A program made the position numbers and the translations under genes. A stretch of 64,000 nucleotides of DNA from Malacoraja senta (lineage: Eukaryota): NCBI GenBank assembly GCA_038087875.1, contig CM075978.1, positions 145,204,001-145,268,000 on the forward strand. The letters run 5' to 3'. How positions within the stretch are numbered: the first letter of the stretch is position 1; each line of letters begins with the position of its first letter. The notes under the pieces were generated by a model. The model ran no database searches, was not told where the DNA came from, and was given only the letters and a program-made list of their open reading frames with translations. Shown in pieces: positions 1 to 12,711 of the stretch.

Positions 1-250
1 ACTGCCCCAGTCCCACTATGGCCGTGACCCCCACTCTGCACACTGGCAGTCAGTGGGGTTCAGTAAAGGGAGGAACCCACAGGAACTGCCCTCACCCATT
101 AATTAGGCTGGTTCAGGAGCAGGACCTCTGTGATAGTGTCATTAAAAAAAACTCACAATTATATTCATCAAATTATTTTTATATAATATAATTATACTTA
201 ATTATATATGATTACAGTAATATTTACAAGTCATATTACACCATAGGCAG

Positions 251-3156
251 CCTGAAGGCTTTGTGTCTCAATGCAAGGAGCATTCGTAATAAGGTGGATG
301 AGTTGAACGTGCAGATAGCAATTAATGATTATGATATAGTTGGGATCACGGAGACATGGCTCCAAGGTGACCAAGGCTGGGAGCTGAACATCCAGGGATA
401 TTCAATATTCAGGAGGGATAGAGAGAAAGGAAAAGGAGGTGGGGTGGCGTTGCTGGTTAGAGAGGAGATTAACGCAGTGGAAAGGAAGGACATTAGCTTG
501 GAGGATGTGGAATCGGTATGGGTAGAGCTGCGAAACACTAAGGGGCAGAAAACGCTGGTGGGCGTTGTGTACAGGCCACCTAGCAGTAGTAGTGAAGTTG
601 GGGATGGCATCAAACAGGAAATTAGAAATGCGTGCAACAAAGGCAAAACAGTTATAATGGGTGACTTCAATCTACATATAGATTGGGTGAATCAAATTGG
701 CAGGGGTGCTGAGGAAGAGGATTTCTTGGAATGTATGAGGGATAGTTATCTAAACCAACATGTAGAGGAACCAACGAGAGAGCAGGCTATTCTAGACTGG
801 GTATTGAGTAATGAGGAAGGGTTAGTTAGCAGACTTGTTGTGCGTGCCCCCTTGGGCAAGAGTGATCATAATATGGTTGAGTTCTTCATTAGGATGGAGA
901 GTGACATTGTTAATTCAGAAACAACGGTTCTGAACTTAAAGAAAGGTAACTTTGAGGGTATGAGACGTGAATTGGCCAAGATTGACTGGCAATTAGTTCT
1001 AAAAGGGTTGACGGTGGATATGCAATGGAAGGCATTTAAAGACTGCATGGATGAACTACAAAAATTGTTCATCCCAGTTTGGCAAAAGAATAAATCAAGG
1101 AAGGTAGTGCATCCGTGGATAACAAGGGAAATCAGGGATAGTATCAAAGCAAAAGATGATGCGTACAAATTAGCCAGAAAAAGCAGCATACCAGAGGACT
1201 GGGAGAAATTCAGAGACCAGCAGAGGAGGACAAAGGGCTTAATTAGGAAAGGGAAAATAGATTATGAAAGGAAACTGGCAGGGAACATAAAAACTGACTG
1301 CAAAAGTTTTTATAGATATGTGAAGAGAAAGAGATTAGTTAAATCAAATGTAGGTCCCTTGCAGTCAGAAACAGGTGAATTGATCATGGGGAACAAGGAT
1401 ATGGCAGACCAATTGAATAACTACTTTGGTTCCGTCTTCACTAAGGAAGACATAAATAATCTGCCGGAAATAGCAGGGGGCCGCGGGTCAAAGGAGATGG
1501 AGGAACTGAGTGAAATCCAGGTTAGTCGGGAAGTGGTGTTGGGTAAATTGAATGGATTAAAGGCCGATAAATCACCAGGGCCAGATAGGCTGCATCCCAG
1601 AGTACTTAAGGAAGTAGCTCCAGAAATAGTGGATGCATTAGTGATAATTTTTCAAAACTCTTTAGATTCTGGAGTAGTTCCTGAGGATTGGAGGGTAGCA
1701 AATGTAACCCCACTTTTTAAGAAGGGAGGGAGAGAGAAAACGGGGAATTACAGACCAGTTAGTCTAACATCGGTAGTGGGGAAACTGCTAGAGTCAGTTA
1801 TTAAAGATGGGATAGCAGCACATTTGGAAAGTGGTGAAATCATTGGACAAAGTCAGCATGGATTTACGAAAGGTAAATCGTGTCTGACGAATCTTATAGA
1901 ATTTTTCGAGGATGTAACTAGTAGAGTGGATAGGGGAGAACCAGTGGATGTGTTGTATCTGGACTTTCAGAAGGCTTTCGACAAGGTACCACATAAGAGA
2001 TTAGGATACAAACTTAAATCACACGGTATTGGGGGTTCAGTATTGATGTGGATAGAGAACTGGCTGGCAAACAGGAAGCAAAGAGTAGGAGTAAACGGGT
2101 CCTTTTCACAATGGCAGGCAGTGACTAGTGGGGTACCACAAGGCTCAGTGCTGGGACCCCAGCTATTTACAATTTATATTAATGATCTGGACGAGGGAAT
2201 TGAAAGCAACATCTCCAAGTTTGCGGATGACACTAAGCTGGGGGGCAGTGTTAGCTGTGAGGAGGATGCTAGGAGACTGCAAGGTGACTTGGATAGGCTG
2301 GGTGAGTGGGCAAATGTTTGGCAGATGCAGTATAATGTGGATAAATGTGAGGTTATCCACTTTGGTAGCAAAAACGGGAAGGCAGACTATTATCTAAATG
2401 GTGGCCGATTAGGAAATGGGGAGATGCAGCGAGACCTGGGGGTCATGGTACACCAGTCATTGAAAGTAGGCATGCAGGTGCAGCAGGCAGTGAAGAAAGC
2501 GAATGGTATGTTGGCCTTCATAGCAAGAGGATTTGAGTATAGGAGCAGCGAGGTTCTACTGCAGTTGTACAGGGTCTTGGTGAGACCACACCTGGAGTAT
2601 TGCGTACAGTTTTGGTCTCCAAATCTGAGGAAGGACATTATAGCCATAGAGGGAGTGCAGAGAAGGTTCACCAGACTGATTCCTGGGATGTCAGGACTTT
2701 CATATGAAGAAAGACTGGATAGACTTGGCTTATACTCGCTAGAATTTAGGAGATTGAGAGGGGATCTTATAGAAACGTACAAGATTCTTATGGGGTTGGA
2801 CAGGCTAGATGCAGGAAGATTGTTCCCGATGTTGGGGAAGTCCAGGACAAGGGGTCACAGCTTAAGGATAAGGGGGAAATCCTTTAAGACCGAGATGAGG
2901 AAAAACTTTTTCACACAGAGAGTGGTGAATCTCTGGAACTCTCTGCCACAGAGGGTAGTTGAGGCCAGTTCATTGGCTATATTTAAGAGGGAATTAGATG
3001 TGGCCCTTGTGGCTAAAGGGATCAGGGGGTATGGAGAGAAGGCAGGTACGGGATACTGAGTTGGATGATCAGCCATGATCGTATTGAATGGCGGTGCAGG
3101 CTCGAAGGGCCGAATGGCCTACTCCTGCACCTAATTTCTATGTATCTATGTATTTC
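251..3156 (+). mobile_element. CR1-clade LINE (HER1-like), 5'-truncated near the ORF2 start
   Basis: Intact APE+RT ORF, then a short 3'UTR ending in TTTCTATGTATCTATGTA. The same 3' end recurs at 61430-61525 and in reverse fragments elsewhere. Confidence 0.93.
261..3059 (+). CDS. CR1 ORF2 (APE endonuclease + reverse transcriptase), 932 aa, uninterrupted; true start may be lost
   Basis: APE motifs LNARS, GITETW, MGDFN, SDH; RT motifs KSPGPD, YRPVSLTS, YLDFQKAFDKV, PQGSVLGP, KFADDT; CR1 C-terminus RPHLEYC...RTRGH...WNSLP. Confidence 0.95.
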   Translation: MCLNARSIRNKVDELNVQIAINDYDIVGITETWLQGDQGWELNIQGYSIFRRDREKGKGGGVALLVREEINAVERKDISLEDVESVWVELRNTKGQKTLVGVVYRPPSSSSEVGDGIKQEIRNACNKGKTVIMGDFNLHIDWVNQIGRGAEEEDFLECMRDSYLNQHVEEPTREQAILDWVLSNEEGLVSRLVVRAPLGKSDHNMVEFFIRMESDIVNSETTVLNLKKGNFEGMRRELAKIDWQLVLKGLTVDMQWKAFKDCMDELQKLFIPVWQKNKSRKVVHPWITREIRDSIKAKDDAYKLARKSSIPEDWEKFRDQQRRTKGLIRKGKIDYERKLAGNIKTDCKSFYRYVKRKRLVKSNVGPLQSETGELIMGNKDMADQLNNYFGSVFTKEDINNLPEIAGGRGSKEMEELSEIQVSREVVLGKLNGLKADKSPGPDRLHPRVLKEVAPEIVDALVIIFQNSLDSGVVPEDWRVANVTPLFKKGGREKTGNYRPVSLTSVVGKLLESVIKDGIAAHLESGEIIGQSQHGFTKGKSCLTNLIEFFEDVTSRVDRGEPVDVLYLDFQKAFDKVPHKRLGYKLKSHGIGGSVLMWIENWLANRKQRVGVNGSFSQWQAVTSGVPQGSVLGPQLFTIYINDLDEGIESNISKFADDTKLGGSVSCEEDARRLQGDLDRLGEWANVWQMQYNVDKCEVIHFGSKNGKADYYLNGGRLGNGEMQRDLGVMVHQSLKVGMQVQQAVKKANGMLAFIARGFEYRSSEVLLQLYRVLVRPHLEYCVQFWSPNLRKDIIAIEGVQRRFTRLIPGMSGLSYEERLDRLGLYSLEFRRLRGDLIETYKILMGLDRLDAGRLFPMLGKSRTRGHSLRIRGKSFKTEMRKNFFTQRVVNLWNSLPQRVVEASSLAIFKRELDVALVAKGIRGYGEKAGTGY

Positions 3157-3573
3157 CGTGTTGCAGTCCANNNNNNNNNNNNNNNNNNNNNNNNNNNNNN
3201 NNNNNNNNNNNNNNNNNNNNNNNNNNNNNNNNNNNNNNNNNNNNNNNNNNNNNNNNNNNNNNNNNNNNNNNNNNNNNNNNNNNNNNNNNNNNNNNNNNNN
3301 NNNNNNNNNNNNNNNNNNNNNNNNNNNNNNNNNNNNNNNNNNNNNNNNNNNNNNNNNNNNNNNNNNNNNNNNNNNNNNNNNNNNNNNNNNNNNNNNNNNN
3401 NNNNNNNNNNNNNNNNNNNNNNNNNNNNNNNNNNNNNNNNNNNNNNNNNNNNNNNNNNNNNNNNNNNNNNNNNNNNNNNNNNNNNNNNNNNNNNNNNNNN
3501 NNNNNNNNNNNNNNNNNNNNNNNNNNNNNNNNNNNNNNNNNNNNNNNNNNNNNNNNNNNNNNNNNNNNNNNNN

Positions 3574-4163
3574 GGGTCCGTTCCGGGTGTTGAGCCCCGG
3601 CGTCGCCACTTTCCTGTTGGACGTCGGGGGCTGAGAGGAGATCGTCTCCGTCGCTTGACTTGAGCCGGCCCACCTGGATGTCGTCAGCCCGGTGGTGGTG
3701 GTGCAGGCTCGGCGTAGGGGCCGTTCGCCGGCCGGTCCGGTGGCACCTGTTGTGCCTGTTCCCCTCTCACCTGTTGTTTCTGTCCCTCCTGCACCGTTAC
3801 TGTCCCCAGGCTGTTCTGCCAGCCCCACCTGTATCGCCCGCCCCGTCCGTTGTTACCATGCATTGCGGTCGCCGTGTCCAGCCTCCCCCTCGGTTCCATA
3901 CCTTGGGTTCTGGGAGGGGTCCTGTAGCAGCACCTAGTGGTGGTCCTGGTAATGTCGAACCCTCGCTATTGGCTGGCGCGGTCATGTGAGCGGAGGAACG
4001 TTTTCGCCGGCTTTCTGTAAAACCATTCATCCGAGCTCCACGCGGTTTGAAGGAGCATCGTTTATTTTGGCTGTCAATATCGACTCGGGTAATCACTTTA
4101 TTTTCGTTTAAAAAATAAAGAACTTTGTTGTACCCGACTGTCTCGACTCGCCAAAACATTACA
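3574..4163 (+). mobile_element. 3' end of a Gypsy/Ty3 LTR retrotransposon (decayed integrase C-terminus, PPT, 3' LTR)
   Basis: Reads GPFRVLSPGVATFLLDVGG*EEIVSVA*LEPAH (GPY/F integrase module). Purine tract GGGAGGGG at 3912-3919 directly precedes TGTA(3923)...TACA(4163), which contains AATAAA. Confidence 0.8.
3923..4163 (+). repeat. LTR, 241 bp
   Basis: TGTA...TACA inverted termini, adjacent PPT and internal AATAAA; the partner 5' LTR is not in the visible sequence. Confidence 0.7.
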
Positions 4164-4669
4164 CTTGAATTTGCAGACATGGATACATTTATCTGGACTG
4201 ATTTGGGAAGTGGTGTTCCTGTAGAGTATGATTGATCAGCAAGTTAGTTATTCATAGTGCAGTGCTGACATTTCATTTGATGCCAAACTCCTTGGCTCTG
4301 TGCGACTGCTAGTAGTGTGCATGTCTCGACAAACAGGGAAATGTTAATTCATGTGCCCAGCAAATGTCTTGAGTATCGTCGTATTTGTTGCTGTGCTATT
4401 CATCCCACTCTGAGGTTGGTGGATCAAAAACAAAACTGCCATTGCTGACATCTTTGTGTTTACTGGTAGGATTTTGCTTGTCGTCTGTGAGGAGACAACC
4501 TGGACTCTTTACTACTGCCACGATTTTGTGTGTCGTGACAAATTGGTATTGGCGAGGGTGGTGAGGTGAGGAAAAACTGAGTTTCAGCTCATGGACACAG
4601 TATCACGGAGGAATACTATATGTTCCACAGTTGACTGAAGAGCCACGGTGCCTTGTGGTATTGACCACA

Positions 4670-4985
4670 GGGTGGCACAGTGGGGTGTTGTAGGGAGGCA
4701 CAGCATGCCGAGCTGCTGCCTCACAGCGCCAGAGACACAGGTTCGATCCTGACTGCAGGTGCTGTCTGCGTGATGTTTGCGCATTCTCCGTGTGACAACG
4801 TGGGTTTCCTCAGAGTTCTTTGGTTTCCTCTCACATCCCAAAGACATGCAAGGTTGGAGGTTAATTTGCCCTATCGTGAAGGGAGTGAATGAGAAAGTGG
4901 AATAACATTGAAGTAATGTGAATGGGTGATCAAGGGTCAGTGTGAGCTGAAGGGCCTGTTTCCATGCTGTATATCTAAAATTAAA
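4670..4985 (+). mobile_element. tRNA-derived V-SINE (HE1-like)
   Basis: Box A-like GGTGGCACAGTGG, box B GGTTCGATCC, V-domain GTGGGTTTCCTC...GGTTTCCTCTCACATCCCAAAGAC, CR1-like tail GAAGGGCCTGTTTCCATGCTGTAT. Confidence 0.8.
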
Positions 4986-6715
4986 ACAAAAAACAGAGGC
5001 TGATTGCAGGTTCCTCTACACATGACACTGTCATATAGCATGACAACTGGTGCAACATCTTGGTCTATGCTGACCAGGATGGCCCATCAAAGCTACTCCC
5101 ATTTCGCTCTAAACCTTTCCTGCCTATGTACCTGTTCACGTTACTTTTAATAAATGTTATTGTATCTGCATCAACTACTTGAGCAGTTCCATGTACCCAC
5201 CATCCTGTTGAAATGTAAAGTGTGTTGTAGGTATTGCAACGTTGTACATTATATCAGCATGGCATTCTACACAGTATAATCATTTCCTGCCAAGAGTTTT
5301 CATGGATAGGTTCATGAACTCCACAGCACAGATAGAAGAAGACCATGATTTGTTTTCAGCTGCCTCTGTGGAGAGTAATGTTTCTTACTTGCATTGGATT
5401 GCAGCAACTGGACTGTTGGAAGCTGATGCTTTGATATCTCTTGACTTCCAATCTGGTTGCTTTGAGGCCACTCCTGTGATGCTAAGGATAAGCTGCTCCT
5501 TACTTAACCTAGTTTTCTCCACCAGGACATTCATCAATGCATGTGAAAGATCAATGGATTTGTGACAACATCTTTCCCTTGTGCAATGTAATTTTAAGCT
5601 GTGATGTAATTTAATTTAAGATGCAAGTAATTGCCAGCACAAAACCACTTGATTTGGGCAAGATGGTTCAATATGTTTGTAATTTGGAGATCAGCTCATT
5701 AATCTTCCTATAATGAGGTCTAACAATCTGGGCCATGTGTTGAAAATGTGAATTGATGACTCTTTCTCCCGTGCATGGTTTAACAGGAGCTGGAAATCAG
5801 TGCACTAAATCTTAAGATTCTAAGCGCATTGTCTCAAGATCTAGTGTTTTTCCCAAACTTTGAAATGTTCATTTCTCAAAATACAGAGTTCTGTTGGTGG
5901 AGGGAATGGAAGGTGTGGGTGGATGGGATTTCAATCAATTGTGCTTCTTTGTACTGAGTACATGAGCTGCTTTGGTGTTGGTTCGCCAAATACTGCCTTG
6001 GTGTCAAAGACAAGTCCTTGCTTGTGGTATGTCTTTAGATTAAGGCTGTGATGTGCAGGTAGTCCAGATCCAGACTGTAAACTATCCCTAGAAAAGGGAA
6101 GTGTCAAAAGAATGAAGGGAGGGAGAACTGGTGGGCATGCAAGAGAATGTACCAGGGCCACAAAGAAATACGAGGGGGATGAGTCTAAACGGATTGTGCT
6201 GCAGGGTGCTAGCTCCTAATGGGGCAAGTAGCTGCTGCCTCTGGTGTTATTAACTTTATATTTTTATTAAACAAAAATGAAATACATAATGCATGTTGCA
6301 CATTACCATGTATACCAAAGTAGTGATTTACTGACCTAGCAAGGTGACATTTAGTAATGATTTCAGTTGGAAGGCTCTTTTATTGTGCATACAAAATTGA
6401 AGATGAGGTAAATGGGAGGCCAGCTTAGTAAATTTCAGTTATAATGCTCAAAGAGCCAGGAAACATGCCCGTCAGACTAACTTTCCTACACTGGCCAACA
6501 TGTCCTAGCTATACTCGCCCCACCTGCCCACGTTTGGTCCATAGCCCTCCAAACCTGTCCCATCCATTAACTTGACTAACTGTTCCTTAAACATTGGGAT
6601 AGACTCTGTACATCTATATGATCTATTCCTCTCATGATTGTATACACCTCTATAAGATCACCCCCTCATCCCCATGCACTCCAAGCAATAGTCCCAGCCT
6701 ACTCAACCTCTCCCT

Positions 6716-7840
6716 AAATGAATGAATACGTTTATTGGCCAAGTATGTACACCTACAAGGAATTTGCCTTGTTGCTCCGCTCGCAAGTAACAACACGACA
6801 TACAGTAACAATTAAGAATGACACATAAAACATTAAACATTAATAATAAAACATTACAGTTTGAGCATGTGAATTAAATAAAATACCAGAGCAAAAGAAG
6901 GCTACAGACTTTTAGTTATTGAGTAGAGCTACTGCTCATGGGGGGAAAAGCTGTTTTTATGTCTGGCTGTGGCGGCTTTGACAGTCCGGAGTCACCTTCC
7001 AGAGGGAAGTGCTTCAAAGAGTTTGTGGCCAGGGTGAAAGGGTCAGAGATGATCTTACCCGCTCGCTTCCTGGCCCTTGCAGTGTACAGTTTGTCAATGG
7101 GGGGAAGGTTGTAGCCAACAATCTTCTCAGCTGATCGGATGATCCGCTGCAGCCTCCAAATGTCGTGCATGGTGGCTGAGCCAAACCAGACCATGATGGA
7201 GAATGTGAGGACAGACTCTACGATGGCAGTATAGAATTGGACCACCATTGCCTGTGGCAGATTGTGCTTCCTCAGCTGCCGCAGGAAGTACATCCTCTGT
7301 TGGGTCTTTTTGATTGTGGAGTCAATGGTGGCCCCCCATTTAAGGTCCTTGGAGATGATGGTTCCAAGGAACTTAAAATACTCTACAGATGTGCCTGTGG
7401 TGGTGTTGATGGTGGGAAGGGGAGGAGGAGCTCTCCTAAAGTCTACTATCAATTCCACTGTCCTACGAGCATTGAGCTCCAGGTTGTTACGAAGGCACCA
7501 GGACGCCAGCTGAGTCACTTCCTGTCTGTAGGCAGATTCTTCCCCATCTTGAATCAGTCCAATCAGGGTTGTGTCGTCCGCAAACTTGAGAAGCTTGACA
7601 CAGGAGTCTGTGGAGGTGCAGTCGTTGGTGTAGAGACAGTAAAGGAGAGGAGAGAGTTTGCAGCCTTGCGGTGCTCCTATGCTGAGGATCTGAGGTGTGC
7701 TTTCCCTGCCTCACATGCTGCTTCCTGTCTGTCAGGAAGTTGGTGATCCACTGACAGAGGGGTTCAGGCACAGTCAACTTGGAGAGTTTGGAGTGTAGTA
7801 GCTCAGGCACAATGGTGTTGCATGCAGAGCTAATATCAAC
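6716..7840 (-). mobile_element. Rex1/Babar LINE, 5'-truncated and frameshifted
   Basis: ORFs 7487-7810 (LCQWITNFLTDRKQHV) and 6916-7518 (WCLRNNLELN...FKFLGTII...RMYFLRQL...IVESVLTFSI); short (ATTC)n tail. Confidence 0.85.
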
Positions 7841-9454
7841 AGTTCAGGCCCCCTAGTCCTGGCAACATCCTCATAACCAATTGGTAACCATGGTTCATTT
7901 TGAACAGCTGCACATTTAACCTGCAAGAATTGAACCTGAATTTGTTCTTTGAAATTCAGACTTATTTGTTTGGAATATGAGTTTGTAGGATTAGTGGCTG
8001 GGCACAGAAAAATAATTTGGCTATTTCCCCTCTGGGCCCATGTGTGCACTACATTAACATGTCCTGAATGGGTATAATCTGTGCTATATCACTGAATGTT
8101 CCTATCCAAGTTTATACAATTTAAAAAATATACAAGCATGCAAATATAATTTATATTATCTTAGATTGCAGAATATAACAGGAAACTCTGCATAAATTTA
8201 GGAAGACTAAGATAATTTGGCATTGCTATTCAGGGACTTCTGGACTACTTCCAACTAATCTAGAGAGTAACAATTCTGATTTACATTTTAAACAAGACAA
8301 GACTTGTTCCATTATTTACAATGTTAAGTTTTCTTTTACCTGAAATACTAATGGTAAATCACTGTTGGTTTCTCATTTGACTGCAATGGGAAAAAAACTG
8401 TTTCTTTACCCATTTAAGCCTAATTGAAACTATATGATTGAAGATTTATCAAAATAGTTTCAGTGCACACAGTGCAATCTCAGTATGTTGTTCTTTGCTC
8501 GGATTTGAACAAATATCAGTGCTATTTTCAATGTAGCATACTGCATTTGTGGCTCAAGATGCAGTTTTGTTTACATTGGGGTGATCAAATGCAGATTGAG
8601 CAACCAGTGCATTTCACCTCTGTTCATTTTCGTGACTGATCTTCTGGTTGTCTGACACTTACTTCTGCTACTCTCACTCTCACTTTGATCCCCTACAATA
8701 CTCCAGTAAAGTTCCATGTAAGCTCAAAGAATAGTACTTGTAAATTGTTCACAACAACATTCCAGGATCAACTTTGTCCACTTCATCAGCTCCATCTACA
8801 CTTCACACAGCCTCAGAACAGCAGCCAATATAAATAAAGACTATTTTTACCCTGGTCATTCCCTTAACATGGGGTCCAAGTCTACAACTCCCTGAAAATG
8901 CCCGCACAAGTAGATTTAGTGATAAAGAAGGCACATGCTTGGCTACGTCGTGCACATGAATCAGGAAGCAATTTGCAGCTTTATAGGACTTTGGTCAGGC
9001 TGCATTTGGAGCAAGTAATAATTTCATTGTTCCATTGTCAATACAGATGACAAACATTTTTTGGCTCTATGTTCGATGCCCTATGAGCTGACTGGTTTAT
9101 AGTTACTGGGTTTATCTCTGTATTTTTTTTCAACATGAGTGTAACACTTACAAATTTCAGATCTAAACCATGTGTGTGTGTGTGTATATATATTTAGCTG
9201 TATTTGAATTAAATACACCATTCAGGTCCAAGTAGGTCCAAAAGCAGGCTGGAAATTAAAAAAGGTATTGAACAGCTTTTCATCTGTCCCTCATTGTATG
9301 TGACAATAATAAATCTAAACCATAGTCTTATAGATATAGATATAGATCTAGATCTATATCTCTATCTATTGCCTTGACAATTGTTTAGTTCCCCAGTATC
9401 TTAAATACAATTTCCTTCACTGAGTAACATCTTGTGAAAGTCTAGTTTAAGGTC

Positions 9455-10920
9455 ATAGTTATAGAGTTATACAGCATGGCAATGGGCTCTTCAGCCCAAC
9501 TTGTCCATTAGACCTGCCTTCATGAGCTTGTACCATTTACCTGCATTTGGCCTATGTCTGTTAGAATATTTCTTAACCATGTACCTGTCTAATGTCTTTA
9601 AATATTATTCAACCACACCCTCTAGCACTCATTCCATATACAGTACATACCACCCTCTGGGTGGAAAAAGCTGCTCCTCAGCTTCCATTTGAATCTTGAC
9701 CCTCTCACCGTAGACCTATAATCCATACCCTCTTATTCTATATTCTACAGCAATAGGAAAAAGATTGTGTGTGCATTTCACCCTTTCTATTCCCCGCATG
9801 AGCTTATACACCCCTATAAGATCACCATTATGCTCCAAGGAATGAAGTCCTAGCCTGCCCAACCTCACCCTAATCCTGGCAAAATTCATGAATCTTTGCT
9901 CTCTTCCCAGCTTAATGGTATATTTCCTATTCCAGGGTGATTGAAACTGAATACAATACTCTGTGTGGCCTCACCGACATCTTGTTCAACTGTGACATTA
10001 TGTCCCAACTCCTTTACTTAATTCCCTAACAAATGAAGACTAATGGGCCTGTCCCAATTAGATGATTTTTCAGGCGANNNNNNNNNNNNNNNNNNNNNNN
10101 NNNNNNNNNNNNNNNNNNNNNNNNNNNNNNNNNNNNNNNNNNNNNNNNNNNNNNNNNNNNNNNNNNNNNNNNNNNNNNNNNNNNNNNNNNNNNNNNNNNN
10201 NNNNNNNNNNNNNNNNNNNNNNNNNNNNNNNNNNNNNNNNNGTTATCTCCCCCCCCCCCCCACCTTCCTTCACCAGCCCGTTATGCAGGCAGGGGACAGG
10301 GCAAGCGGGGGAAGTGCTGTCTGAGTGAAATTCATACGGTGCAAAGCCAATGTGATTCACCGCGATGAACAGGAAGATTGGCGCTGTAATTAAATGGGGG
10401 AAGTGTCACATAAGTCCTTTAAAAGAGGGGGGAGAAGGAGTGTAGACAACTTTTAAGAAGCCTGAGATACACGGCTGTGAAGCTCGGCGGACATTAACAT
10501 TACCGGTCGGTTATCCCTGGTTCTGAAAACTACTGCTTACGGTTTTTTTTCCCAATGAGCCAATCGAATTCACCAGTCAGCACCGGCTACAGCCTATGAG
10601 AACCTTTGACCCCCTGGCAACCCATTAGGACCTCCTGGCGACCCACCTACGGCACGGGAATTCTCGCTACTCTCCATGGTGGCTTCATTCAGATTGCCGC
10701 TAATTTGTCAACATGTTGAATAATTCATAATGAGGCCGCGACTAGTTCCCAGAATGCGGGAACTCCTCACGACCATGAAGGCGACTACCCGGCAACCACC
10801 CGTGAACATGTGACGACCGCATAGTCTCCTGCAGTTGCCTAAAGTCGCCTGTGGGACAGGCCCATTAACTGTCAAATCCCCTTCACCACTCTATCTACCT
10901 GTGACGCCACTTTCAGGCAA
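9455..10920 (-). mobile_element. Decayed CR1/HER1 3' fragment, split by a DNA transposon
   Basis: Reverse complement of the CR1 3' region; resumes at about 10868 after the Harbinger-type insertion. Confidence 0.6.
10044..10864. mobile_element. Non-autonomous PIF/Harbinger-type element (contains a gap)
   Basis: TIR TGGGCCTGTCCCA / TGGGACAGGCCCA, flanked by TAA and TTA; subterminal GGCGAC/GTCGCC repeats. Confidence 0.75.
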
Positions 10921-11819
10921 CTTATCTAAATCTAAACCTACCCATCACCTCCTTTGCCTGGGTAATTCAGCCTCTCCTCGTTACTCAAGCCTACCAGTTC
11001 TGCCAACATCCTTGTGAGTTTTCAATGCCCTTGCGTCCTTGTGATTTTTTTTTCTCTCTCTGCACCCATTCTAGGTTAATGACATCTATTCAGACTAAGT
11101 AAGTGGATCTTTCGCAAGTGGATCTTTTCTTCAGTCTCTACTCAACCCCATCTTGCCCCTTGCTACCCATTTGCTATTTATTAGCTTGCAAAAAAGTTTG
11201 ATGTCCCTTTTATTTTTGCCCACAGTTCTTTCAAATACTGTGTCTATGTCCCACAAATTCCTTTTTTTGTTTTCCCGTCCTGTATTTTCTAATAATGAAT
11301 CAGCTTAATTTGCCTGTGTTGTCAGTCTCAATAATTGAATTTTCTATTGAATTTTATTCTTGGTCTCTTTTTGTCATTGTGGGAGTTCTGGGTTTATTGT
11401 TTGATCATTTACCCCTATGAATATGGTTGCAATCTGCCAAGATTATTCACTCTAAGCTGTGTGTGATGCCAAATATGCCAGTGGTTGATTCTTGGGTGTC
11501 CTCTGAATGGTGCAACACTCCATTCTGTTCATTTAAAGACAGGCAATTAAGGCTGATGGCCACATCTGGAAAAATATATATTTTTTTAAAAGGTTGTCCA
11601 TCGTTCAATTAGTTTTGCTTGGTAATCTTGGTAGGATAGTGCTAGTGTGCAGGGTGATCGCTGGTTAGCGCGGACTCAGAGGGCCGAAGGGTCTGTTTCC
11701 ATGTTGTATCTCTAAAGTAAAGAAGGTATCAAATGATTCCTGTAGATTTGCCAAAGATTGCACAGCCCTAACCCTCTCCATACATATAATCTCGACAGCA
11801 TTAAATGTGTACAGTGAAG

Positions 11820-12070
11820 TTCATAGTTCAAGGAGCAGAATTAGGCCATTCGGCCCATCAAGTCTACTCCAAAATTCAATCACGGCTGACCTATCTTTCT
11901 CACTCAACCCCATTCTCCTGCCTTCGCCCCATAACCTATGACACTCTTTCTAATCAAGAATCTGTCAATCTCTGCCTTAAATATCCATTGACTTGGCCTC
12001 TGCAGCCTTCTGTGGCAATGAATTCTACAGATTCACCACCCTCTGACAAAATAGATTCTTCCTCATTCTA
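11820..12070 (-). mobile_element. CR1/HER1 3' fragment
   Basis: GGAGCAGAATTAGGCCATTCGGCCCATC...CCCCATTCTCCTGCC; similar fragments at 13225-13525 and 16862-17285. Confidence 0.7.
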
Positions 12071-12711
12071 TCCTGGCCTTTGGCTGAACAAGGAAAGCTC
12101 GAAGTTTCTTAGTGATGCATCTTTGAAAAAGGATTTCACACTTGTGTTATTATGAAACACAACAGAAATAAGCTAATGTTTTGACAACCTCATTAGAATT
12201 CCATGATTTTGAGAAAATGTGATAGCTTTTGTTAACCAGGCAAATGTTAATTTTAGTGGGCTGATGATCAAGCACTGAGTACCACTGAATGCAAATGGCA
12301 ATCAAAAGAGAGACAAAATTACTGAAAGGAAAAAAAATTGCAATTCTGCATCTGCTGGATTAATGCCAAACCACTTTGATACGTGATTTTAAGCACGTAT
12401 GGAGCGATGTGTTAATTATGTAACCATAACTTATTTCAGCAACGTGAAATTTCACTTTCAGCCCAATTGTTTCCATTTGTTGGCTCAGAATTGATGCTGC
12501 AGAAGTTACAAATGACAACCTGTGGAGTGAGAACTTAAATTTTTTTTAAAGGTTTGGCAAGCTGTCTGTACCTTGCATCTTTCGCTTTGGAAAATGAATG
12601 AACTTCAGTCCGTGTACTGCAAACTCTGGCTGCTTTAATGAACTGCCGAACGGAGAGAGCTAGCTGCAGCTTTGCCCCCTCCTGGCTCAAAGAAGTCTTA
12701 AAAAAAATTAA

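Noticed and set aside
3022-3828. Long ORFs spanning N runs (also 10043-10360 and 62276-62665)
   Set aside because: Artefacts of assembly gaps.
4670-4755. tRNA-like box A/B (also at 41610)
   Set aside because: SINE heads with no full cloverleaf.
6916-7518. Possible host gene (this region resembles sequences annotated DUF1891/ALKBH8 N-terminal)
   Set aside because: It is the C-terminal part of a Rex1 RT ORF, repeated at 33.9 and 39.8 kb.
8270-8330. Patchy similarity to 33115-33175
   Set aside because: Short, AT-rich and gapped; cannot be told from chance without an alignment statistic.
12570-12698. Possible minus-strand exon (TSLSQEGAKL...AKDAR)
   Set aside because: The acceptor tract abuts a Penelope end, there is no recognisable homology and no partner exons.
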